The notes below the pieces were generated by a model. The model was not told the origin of the DNA. It worked only from the letters and a program-made list of their open reading frames with translations, and ran no database searches. This document shows, piece by piece, positions 19,226-26,317 of a stretch of DNA of 64,000 nucleotides (position 1 is the stretch's first letter; each line of letters begins with the position of its first letter). This DNA comes from Sediminibacterium sp. (GTDB taxonomy: Bacteria; Bacteroidota; Bacteroidia; Chitinophagales; Chitinophagaceae). The position numbers and the translations under genes are program-made. The DNA is taken from contig JBMSJE010000003.1 in the NCBI GenBank assembly GCA_049418605.1, forward strand, positions 2,590 to 66,589, read 5' to 3'.

Positions 19226-20395
19226 TTAAACTGCAATACCTGCATTTTTAACCCTTTCAATCGCTAGTTCAAAACGCTCAACAGGAGCGCATAAACTAAT
19301 TCTAATAAATCCATTACCACCCGTTCCAAAAATGCCACCTGGCGTAATAAAAACATTGGCATCATACAGCACGCTGTCACTTAATGCAAAACCATCGGCA
19401 TAAGAGGCAGGAATACTGGCCCATACAAACATCCCAACCTGCGTTTTTGAATAGGTGCACTTTAATAAATCTAATAGTTCAAAAACTTTTTCTCTTCGTG
19501 CTTTATAAATAGTATTAATGCTGTCGTACCAATCTTTACCTAAATCGAGCGCCTTTGCAGCAGCCAGTTGTATCGGTAAATACATGCCACTATCCATATT
19601 GGATTTAAAACGTAATACTTCTTCTATTCTTTCTTTTTTTCCGGCTAACATACCAACTCTCCAGCCAGCCATATTAGAACTTTTACTCAAAGAATTTAAT
19701 TCCACCACCACTTCTTTGGCCCCTTTAACTGCAAGCAAACTTTTAGGTGTATCATTTAAAATAAAACTATACGGATTATCATGACAAATTAATATTTGAT
19801 GCTTGGTTGCAAATGCAATAAGTGCTTCAAAAAAACGATCGGAAGGAAGTTGACCCGTTGGCATGTGCGGGTAATTAACCCACATTAATTTCACTTTGGA
19901 TAAATCTGTTTTTTCAAGTGCTACTAAATCGGGCTCCCAATTACCTGCTAATGTTAAATCATAATAGACCGGCTCTCCGCCTGCTAGTTTAACAGCACTA
20001 CTATACGTTGGATAACCAGGGTTTGGAATTAACGCTTGATCGCCATTGTTTAAGTAGGTCATACAAATATGCATGATGCCCTCTTTGCTTCCTATGAGCG
20101 GAAGCACTTCCGTTTCAGGATCTAGTGTTACGCCATACCATTTTTGATACCAATGAGCAATAGCACTTCGCAAAATGGGAGAACCTTTATAAGATTGATA
20201 AGCGTGTACATTATCTGGTGCAGCGCTTTCCTGCAAAGCCCTTACCACATCTGGATGTGGGGCCAAATCAGGACTCCCAATACCAAGATTGATAATTTGT
20301 TTACCCGATTTATTTAACTGTTCTATTTCGCGTAACTTTTGCGAAAAATAATATTCACCAATCCCATCTAATCTTGCCGCTAATTGCATTTCCAT
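19226..20395 (-). CDS. class I/II PLP-dependent aminotransferase (probably aromatic/prephenate aminotransferase)
   Basis: 389 aa. PLP lysine motif NSLSKSSNMAGWRVG. Sits between pheA (2-nt gap) and tyrA (11-nt gap). Confidence 0.85.
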   Translation of the reverse strand: MEMQLAARLDGIGEYYFSQKLREIEQLNKSGKQIINLGIGSPDLAPHPDVVRALQESAAPDNVHAYQSYKGSPILRSAIAHWYQKWYGVTLDPETEVLPLIGSKEGIMHICMTYLNNGDQALIPNPGYPTYSSAVKLAGGEPVYYDLTLAGNWEPDLVALEKTDLSKVKLMWVNYPHMPTGQLPSDRFFEALIAFATKHQILICHDNPYSFILNDTPKSLLAVKGAKEVVVELNSLSKSSNMAGWRVGMLAGKKERIEEVLRFKSNMDSGMYLPIQLAAAKALDLGKDWYDSINTIYKARREKVFELLDLLKCTYSKTQVGMFVWASIPASYADGFALSDSVLYDANVFITPGGIFGTGGNGFIRISLCAPVERFELAIERVKNAGIAV

Positions 20396-20397
20396 AG

Positions 20398-21270
20398 CTA
20401 TCCTTTTTTCATGATGCCCTTTTGATAGACACCAAATATTTTAATATTATTTGTTAACACTGTTATTGAATCAAGCACTTGATCTAATTTTTTACGCTTG
20501 TCAAATTCCATGTCAGCAAAAAAACCATATTTAAAATTACTTCCAGGAATAGGCATACTTTGTAACTTGGTTAAGTTAACATCATGCTTTGCAATTTGCG
20601 TTAGCACTTTCGCCAATACCCCTTTTGTATGGTTTGTTTGAAAGTATATAGACGCTTTGTTCGCTTGTACATCGTCAATCACATCTACTGCACGTTCCAA
20701 TACCAAAAAGCGCGTAAAATTATTTTTTTGCGTTTGAATATCTGGCCCAATAATATCCAAATTAAAAAGTTCAGCAGCCAATTTACTAGCAACTGCTGCC
20801 ACATGTTTAGACCTGTGCTGCTGCACATGTTTTGCACTAAGTGCCGTATCTTCCGATTCTACCAATTTCCAATTGTTTTTTTCGAGGTAATCCAAACATT
20901 GCAAAAGTGCCATGGGATGACTGTGCACTTCTTTAATATCCCCTAATTGAACCCCCTTGTTAACGAGCAAATTTTGACTGATTGATAAGTACACTTCACC
21001 TGTTACTTTTAAGGAAGAGCGGAGTAATAAATTATAGTTGGGTAAAATACTACCAGCAATAGAATTTTCGATGGCCATCATGGCCCCCGCCGATTCTTTT
21101 TTATTTTCTGCTTTTTTTATGAGTGCGCTAAAGGTAGCACAGGGTACAACGTTTATGTCATGACCAAAAATAGTGCGCGCTGCTACCTGATGGAAGCTTC
21201 CTTCGTAACCCTGAATGGCAATACCCAATTCATTGACAGGCTTTCTTGTTATTTTATTTTTTGTTGGCAT
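20398..21270 (-). CDS. pheA: prephenate dehydratase
   Basis: PDT domain (IAIQGYEGSFH) plus C-terminal ACT domain. The ATG at 21270 is preferred because the upstream TTG start of the ORF track would run through the terminator U tract. Confidence 0.9.
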   Translation of the reverse strand: MPTKNKITRKPVNELGIAIQGYEGSFHQVAARTIFGHDINVVPCATFSALIKKAENKKESAGAMMAIENSIAGSILPNYNLLLRSSLKVTGEVYLSISQNLLVNKGVQLGDIKEVHSHPMALLQCLDYLEKNNWKLVESEDTALSAKHVQQHRSKHVAAVASKLAAELFNLDIIGPDIQTQKNNFTRFLVLERAVDVIDDVQANKASIYFQTNHTKGVLAKVLTQIAKHDVNLTKLQSMPIPGSNFKYGFFADMEFDKRKKLDQVLDSITVLTNNIKIFGVYQKGIMKKG

Positions 21271-21276
21271 ATACTT

Positions 21277-21306
21277 AAAAAAAATCCCGGCCAATTGGCC
21301 GGGATT
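21277..21306 (-). terminator. attenuator terminator immediately upstream of pheA
   Basis: Minus strand reads AAUCCCGGCC-AAUU-GGCCGGGAUU (21306-21283), running into U8 (21284-21277). It ends 6 nt before the pheA ATG. Confidence 0.85.
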
Positions 21307-21324
21307 GTATGTAAAATTTTTTTG

Positions 21325-21414
21325 TTACGCTAATACATATAATACCCGGCTCCTTTTGGTAAAGAAGTAATAATAATAGAAACTAAACCAGGTATTTGAC
21401 ATTATTTGTTTCAT
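21325..21414 (-). CDS. aromatic amino acid leader peptide (29 codons): MKQIMSNTWFSFYYYYFFTKRSRVLYVLA
   Basis: Hand-translated from the minus strand; it is under the 60-aa ORF-track cut-off. Nine of ten consecutive codons are Trp/Phe/Tyr. The ORF is embedded in alternative pairing segments upstream of the pheA terminator. The true start could be the second ATG at 21402. Confidence 0.7.
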   Translation of the reverse strand: MKQIMSNTWFSFYYYYFFTKRSRVLYVLA

Positions 21415-21421
21415 TGTATTT

Positions 21422-21453
21422 CAAATATAGGTAAATAAAACACGAAAAAACAA
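21422..21453 (-). promoter_or_regulatory. Bacteroidetes-type promoter for the pheA leader
   Basis: TTG (21453-21451), 21-nt spacer, TATATTTG (21429-21422), matching the -33 TTG / -7 TAnnTTTG consensus. The -7 box ends 7 nt before the leader ATG. Confidence 0.5.
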
Positions 21454-21537
21454 GTTGCACTTATTTATTAAGCTAACAAACTTTAGTTATTTAGTGTTTA
21501 AACACGCACCTTTCAACAAAAACCAATAGTAGCAGTT

Positions 21538-21573
21538 CTAAAAAATAAGCCCTCTTGTAGAAACAAGAAGGCT
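21538..21573 (-). terminator. Rho-independent terminator downstream of the small lipoprotein gene
   Basis: Minus strand AGCCUUCUUGU-UUCU-ACAAGAGGGCU (one G-U pair) followed by UAUUUUUU. Confidence 0.75.
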
Positions 21574-21672
21574 ATTTACGATTGCTTGCCATATGAAACT
21601 CTTATAGATTGCTAAAACCGGCAAGCTAGCTTTTGACCGTTTAGGTCCTAAACAATCTAGCGAATGTTTTTG

Positions 21673-21849
21673 CTAGTGTGCAGCTTTTGCTGTATCAGCA
21701 GCAGCAGCAGTTGTATCAACAGCAGTAGTATCCATAGATACAGTTGCAGTTGTGTCAACAGCAGTAGTGTCTGCGGTTGCTTCTTTGTTTTCACCTGAGT
21801 TACATGCTACGAAAGCTACAACAGCTAAAATTGCGAATACTTTTTTCAT
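21673..21849 (-). CDS. small Thr/Ala/Asp-repeat lipoprotein (58 aa), not in the ORF track
   Basis: Hand-translated: MKKVFAILAVVAFVACNSGENKEATADTTAVDTTATVSMDTTAVDTTAAAADTAKAAH. Signal peptide with a lipobox-like FVAC and internal DTTAVDTTA repeats. Divergent from the ECF sigma gene. Confidence 0.65.
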   Translation of the reverse strand: MKKVFAILAVVAFVACNSGENKEATADTTAVDTTATVSMDTTAVDTTAAAADTAKAAH

Positions 21850-21885
21850 TTTTTTGGGTTTTTATTTGAATGAATGTGCCTATTG

Positions 21886-21913
21886 ATACCAGAAGGAGTA
21901 AAAAGGTAACCCA
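21886..21913 (-). promoter_or_regulatory. candidate ECF-type promoter for the small lipoprotein gene
   Basis: Minus strand TGGGTTAC (21913-21906), N15, GGTAT (21890-21886). It mirrors the motif upstream of the sigma gene and lies 36 nt upstream of the ATG. Confidence 0.45.
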
Positions 21914-21955
21914 TCAAAGCTGTTTTTTTTCTAAAAAAAAGATTTCGGGCTATAT

Positions 21956-21983
21956 TGGGTTACTTTTATACCCTAAATCGTAT
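21956..21983 (+). promoter_or_regulatory. candidate autoregulated ECF-type promoter for the sigma / anti-sigma operon
   Basis: TGGGTTAC (21956-21963), N15, CGTAT (21979-21983). It resembles ECF -35 (xxAAC/TAC) / -10 (CGTa) architecture and ends 15 nt before the GTG start. Confidence 0.5.
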
Positions 21984-21998
21984 TAAAAGAAGTATTTA

Positions 21999-22565
21999 GT
22001 GAAAGCTACGAGTAACGAACAAGCATTATTAAAGGGGCTAGCAGCCAATGATTCTGTCATTATTGAACAACTCTACAAAGAGAATTTCAGTACCATACAG
22101 GCCTTTATTTTGGCTAACAATGGCTCTTATGACGATGCAAAAGACGTTTTTCAGGAAGCAATGATCACCCTCTACGAAAAAGCACAAACGGGCTCATTTG
22201 TTTTAACCTGTCAAATTAGAACCTACGTTTACTCGGTTTGTCGCAGATTATGGCTTAAAAAGTTGCAACAACAGGGTCGCTTTTCGCAACCAGTTGACAA
22301 TTTGGAAGAAACCTTATCTGTCGATGATGACCTTGAAGAACACGCTAAACACGACGCCGCTTTTGCTATTATGGACCGGGCACTTAAAAGCTTAGGCGAA
22401 CCTTGCAAAAGTCTATTAGAAGGCTACTACCTTCAAAAAATGGACATGCAAGCTTTGGCATCGGAATTTGGATATACCAACGCCGACAACGCCAAAAACC
22501 AAAAGTATAAATGTTTAATGCGCCTTAAAAAATTGTTTTTCGCGCAATATAATATTGGAGAGTAA
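21999..22565 (+). CDS. ECF-type RNA polymerase sigma-70 family factor
   Basis: 188 aa. Region 2 (DDAKDVFQEAMITLYEK...YVYSVCRRLWLKKL) and region 4 HTH (MDMQALASEFGYTNADNAKNQKYKCLMRLKK). GTG start. Confidence 0.9.
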   Translation: MKATSNEQALLKGLAANDSVIIEQLYKENFSTIQAFILANNGSYDDAKDVFQEAMITLYEKAQTGSFVLTCQIRTYVYSVCRRLWLKKLQQQGRFSQPVDNLEETLSVDDDLEEHAKHDAAFAIMDRALKSLGEPCKSLLEGYYLQKMDMQALASEFGYTNADNAKNQKYKCLMRLKKLFFAQYNIGE

Positions 22566-22584
22566 GCAACATAGAATAAGTAAC

Positions 22585-23691
22585 ATGGAAGATTTATTAT
22601 TACTAGAAACCATTGAAAAGTACCTGAGCAACCAAATGGATGCACAGGAAAAAACGGCTTTTGAGTTGGTTCGTAAAAATACGCCCGAAATTGACCAAAT
22701 GGTGGTTGAACATGCCATGTTCTTGCAGCAAATAAACCAGTATAGCGCCATTAAATCTATCAAACAAACACTTGCTCAAACGCATCAAAATTTATTGGAG
22801 CGTGGTGAAATATCCAATACAAGTGAGGTTTCAAGAACTGCACAAGTTGTACAATTATTTCACAAGTATAAAAGAGTGGCAGCTATCGCTGCATCTGTTG
22901 GCGGTGTAATCGCATTATTTATAAGTGGTCTTGCATTATTTATTTCTCCGGTTAGCCACAACAACCAAATCCAACAATTAAGCAACGATATCGCTGCAAT
23001 TAAAAAGAGCCAACAATACCAAGGCAAACTTATTAATGAGGTAAAAAGTAAATTACCTGCTGGTGTTAAATTTATTAGTGGTGGTTCAGGATTTTTAATT
23101 GACGCCAAGGGTTTTATAATTACCAACGCACACGTCATTAAAGGAACTGGTGCTATAGTAGTTGACAACAACGGTAAAGAGTTTGTGGCTCAAATTGCAC
23201 TCATCGATCAAGAAAAAGATTTAGCCATTTTAAAAATTGATGACGCAGATTTTACTTCTAAGAAATCACTTCCATATTCGATTCGCAAATCAACCACCGA
23301 TTTAGGGGAAGAAATATTTACCCTTGGTTATCCAAGAAACGAAATCGTATACGGAACGGGGTATTTAAGTGCTAGAAGCGGTTACGAAGGAGATTCACTC
23401 TCCTATCAATTGCAAATGAGTGCCAATCCTGGCAACTCGGGTGCACCGGTATTTGATAATGCTGGCGAAGTTATTGGGGTATTGAGCACTAGAGAAGCAC
23501 AATTAGAAGGTGTAGTCTTTGCGCTAAAATCAAATAATATTTACAAAGTAGTAAGTGATTACAACGCTAGCAATGAAGGCAGTAAAGATATTAAAATTTC
23601 TACCCGCTCAAATATTAGTAGGATGTCACGCAAAAAGCAAATTGCAACACTTGAATCTTGCGTGTATTATGTAAAGTCTTTTGATAAATAA
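22585..23691 (+). CDS. membrane-anchored anti-sigma-like domain fused to a trypsin-like (S1) serine protease
   Basis: ATG at 22585, 19 nt after the sigma stop. About 100-aa cytoplasmic helical N-domain (LIEKYL-type), one TM (VAAIAASVGGVIALFISGLALFI), and a protease triad context (TNAHV, DLAILK, GNSGAPVF). No PDZ domain was evident. Confidence 0.8.
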   Translation: MEDLLLLETIEKYLSNQMDAQEKTAFELVRKNTPEIDQMVVEHAMFLQQINQYSAIKSIKQTLAQTHQNLLERGEISNTSEVSRTAQVVQLFHKYKRVAAIAASVGGVIALFISGLALFISPVSHNNQIQQLSNDIAAIKKSQQYQGKLINEVKSKLPAGVKFISGGSGFLIDAKGFIITNAHVIKGTGAIVVDNNGKEFVAQIALIDQEKDLAILKIDDADFTSKKSLPYSIRKSTTDLGEEIFTLGYPRNEIVYGTGYLSARSGYEGDSLSYQLQMSANPGNSGAPVFDNAGEVIGVLSTREAQLEGVVFALKSNNIYKVVSDYNASNEGSKDIKISTRSNISRMSRKKQIATLESCVYYVKSFDK

Positions 23692-23712
23692 GTAAATCAA
23701 ACGATTACTTTC

Positions 23713-24615
23713 CTATCCCCATAAATTACTAGGATACAAACCCTTTTCTACTAAACTTGAAATACTTGCTTGTACAACAGGGGCATCTTCTTTGTAAGTT
23801 ACACCAAACCAACTTGCAGAAGTAGAACCTACTTTCACATTGCCTAATTTAGCATTTACAAAATGTTTGGTAACAGAAGGTAAGAAAAATTCAGATTTTA
23901 ATTCCATCCCTTGTGCATCTAAAAATCTAGAAAATTCAGATTCGCACAAAGCCACAAAACTTGGTGGGTAACATAAAAAGTTCATGCTAACAATGGTATC
24001 AGATGTTAATGGAAAAAACTGATCGTTTTCTTCATATACAATAACGCCAGCCTCGTTCTTAAATATTTTAGTACGCTCGTTGATGTCTATTAAATTACCG
24101 TCGGCATCTACACTACAAACACCTCTACTCACCGTACCATTGTCACTTAATGTTTTTCCTAACTCATACCCAATAATTGAATAGGTTTGGTCATTACACG
24201 CATTGTTTAAAAAAACAGCTGCTTGTATAAAAGCATCTTTACCATAAAAATCATCGGCATTGATTACTGCAAATGGCTCATTTAATTTTCCTTTACAACA
24301 AAGTACAGCATGCGCTGTACCCCAAGGCTTTTCACGCTCTGGGGTTACGTTTTTTCCTTCTGTAAAAGCAGCTAAATGCTGGTATACATAATCAGTAGCA
24401 ATTTTGCCGTTAAGCTTGGGCTCAAAAATTGATTTAAATTGCTCACTAAATTCTTCTCTGATAATAAAAACTATTTTACCAAAACCTGCTTCAATGGCAT
24501 CATAAATTGAATAATCCATGATAGTTTCGCCACTTGGTCCAAAAGACTGAATTTGCTTCATGCTACCGTAACGGCTTGCCATACCGGCTGCAAGAATCAC
24601 TAAGGTTGGTTTCAT
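23713..24615 (-). CDS. sugar-phosphate nucleotidyltransferase family protein
   Basis: 300 aa. N-terminal NTP-transferase signature LAAGMASRYG. Confidence 0.75.
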   Translation of the reverse strand: MKPTLVILAAGMASRYGSMKQIQSFGPSGETIMDYSIYDAIEAGFGKIVFIIREEFSEQFKSIFEPKLNGKIATDYVYQHLAAFTEGKNVTPEREKPWGTAHAVLCCKGKLNEPFAVINADDFYGKDAFIQAAVFLNNACNDQTYSIIGYELGKTLSDNGTVSRGVCSVDADGNLIDINERTKIFKNEAGVIVYEENDQFFPLTSDTIVSMNFLCYPPSFVALCESEFSRFLDAQGMELKSEFFLPSVTKHFVNAKLGNVKVGSTSASWFGVTYKEDAPVVQASISSLVEKGLYPSNLWG

Positions 24616-24676
24616 AATAGAATATTAAGGGCTGCGAAGCTAAAACATTCTGTAAAATTGTAGACATATATTACAA

Positions 24677-25561
24677 ATGAATATTAATAATATTTATATA
24701 CAAGATATCAAGGGATTATGTAATAATGAACTGTCTATCAGTATATTAAGAGCCGACTTAATAGACCCCGTAATAAGTGGCAACAAATGGTTTAAGCTAC
24801 AATTATATGTACGTGACGCTATTACAGCTGGCAAAACAACCCTAGCTACTTTTGGAGGGCCCTATTCCAATCACATTGTTGCTACCTCAAAATATGGCGC
24901 TAGTATGGGGCTGCACACAGTAGGGTTTATTAGAGGTGAAAAACCAGTGGCCTTTTCACCTACCCTAACAGATGCTATGGAAAATTGCATGACCTTACAT
25001 TTTGTTTCCAGAGAAGATTTTGATCAAACAGAAAAAATCATTTCGCATAACCAAGATCCAAGCTGGGCATGGATACCGGAAGGGGGTTATGGAATACAGG
25101 GTGCCGAGGGTGCTAGCAGGCTTTTAACTATTAAAGACACCACAAGTTTTGACACCATTATTTGCGCAGTAGGCACTGGCACTATGATGGCAGGGATCAT
25201 TAAAGCCGCAGCACCACATCAAAAAATTATGGGTATAAGTGTACTAAAAAATAATATGTCTATTGACGCTGAAATAAATGCATTATTGACCCCCGAGGAA
25301 TCTAAAAAGAATTTTGAAATCATACATGGTTATGATTTTGGCGGTTATGCAAAACATACACCAGCACTTATAAAATACATGAATGACTGTTATCAAAATT
25401 TAGAACTGCCACTTGATTTTGTCTACACGGCAAAATTAGTATACGCGGTCCAAGACCTTGCTACCAAAGGAAAGTTTGAAACTACCTCAAAAATACTATT
25501 GATACATTCGGGTGGGCTTCAAGGAAACCGTTCCTTTAAAAAAGGAACACTACTCTTTTAA
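24677..25561 (+). CDS. PLP-dependent enzyme of the ACC deaminase / D-cysteine desulfhydrase family
   Basis: 294 aa. PLP-lysine context SGNKWFKL, then GGPYSNH and a glycine-rich loop (VGTGTM). Confidence 0.8.
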   Translation: MNINNIYIQDIKGLCNNELSISILRADLIDPVISGNKWFKLQLYVRDAITAGKTTLATFGGPYSNHIVATSKYGASMGLHTVGFIRGEKPVAFSPTLTDAMENCMTLHFVSREDFDQTEKIISHNQDPSWAWIPEGGYGIQGAEGASRLLTIKDTTSFDTIICAVGTGTMMAGIIKAAAPHQKIMGISVLKNNMSIDAEINALLTPEESKKNFEIIHGYDFGGYAKHTPALIKYMNDCYQNLELPLDFVYTAKLVYAVQDLATKGKFETTSKILLIHSGGLQGNRSFKKGTLLF

Positions 25562-25564
25562 AAA

Positions 25565-26278
25565 TTAATCTTTTAAAGAAGCACCAAAAATTTGCTCAAA
25601 ATTTTTCTTGACTAAGTCTTTTACTTCCTCCATAGATACTGGATGACCTAGTTCTTTTTGCAAAGACGTAACCTGCTTATCAGGTATCCCGCAAGGAACA
25701 ATATTATTAAAATAAGCCAAATCGGTATTGACGTTTAAAGCAAATCCGTGCATAGTAACCCAACGGCTACATTTAATGCCCATTGCACAAATTTTGCGTG
25801 CTAATTTTTTATTATCAGGATCTAACCAAACACCCGTTTCACCTGCACTTCTACCTGCCACAACACCATAATGTGCAAGCGTTAAAATAATCACCTCTTC
25901 CAAACTTCTTAAATACCAACCCAGGTCGGTCTTAAATTTTTCCAAATCCAAAATGGGATAACCCACCAACTGCTCAGGGCCATGGAATGTGATATCTCCG
26001 CCTCTATTGATATGAAAATAGTCGATACCATTGGCTTCCATAAAGGCAGTTGTCATGAGCACATTAGCCGCATTGCCATTTTTACCTAATGTATATACGG
26101 GGGGATGCTCTACAAATAACAAATGATTTTTTGTAGGCCACTCCGTTACTGGAATTTCGGTTTGATTCCGGTAACTCGCCTTAATAGCCGAGTTGGCACT
26201 CAATAAAGATTCTTGATACGCCCAAACCTCTTTGTACTTGCGCGTACCCAAGTCCTCAAAAAAAACTTCCTGCTGCAT
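25565..26278 (-). CDS. lipB: lipoyl(octanoyl) transferase
   Basis: 237 aa. RGGDITFHGPEQLVGYPI and KICAMGIK motifs. Confidence 0.95.
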   Translation of the reverse strand: MQQEVFFEDLGTRKYKEVWAYQESLLSANSAIKASYRNQTEIPVTEWPTKNHLLFVEHPPVYTLGKNGNAANVLMTTAFMEANGIDYFHINRGGDITFHGPEQLVGYPILDLEKFKTDLGWYLRSLEEVIILTLAHYGVVAGRSAGETGVWLDPDNKKLARKICAMGIKCSRWVTMHGFALNVNTDLAYFNNIVPCGIPDKQVTSLQKELGHPVSMEEVKDLVKKNFEQIFGASLKD

Positions 26279-26317
26279 TGCACAAAAGTAGGAAGGTTTG
26301 TGGCTATTTTTGCAAGT

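Noticed and set aside
21696-21710. The (CAG)5 microsatellite in the small lipoprotein gene as a phase-variation switch.
   Set aside because: Triplet repeats change length in frame (the number of Ala residues), so they cannot switch the gene on or off. At most they cause length polymorphism.
22433-22788. Minus-strand ORFs (22433-22645, 22515-22763, 22603-22788) across the sigma / anti-sigma junction.
   Set aside because: They overlap two well-supported plus-strand genes and have no promoter or motif support.
25755-25762. Third copy of the GTAACCCA octamer (the ECF -35-like motif), inside lipB.
   Set aside because: The position 15 nt downstream on the relevant strand reads TTTAA, not sGTAT, and it is intragenic. 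One or two chance octamer hits are expected in 2 x 64 kb.
26213-26317. N-terminal extension of rluD that overlaps the lipB 5' end on the other strand.
   Set aside because: The extension is not RluD-like and would overlap the divergent gene. The ATG at 26318 gives a normal S4-domain N-terminus. The same logic was applied to the extended starts of the ompA-family, rlpA-like, pheA, DUF2723, UpxY, PRTase and anti-sigma ORFs.
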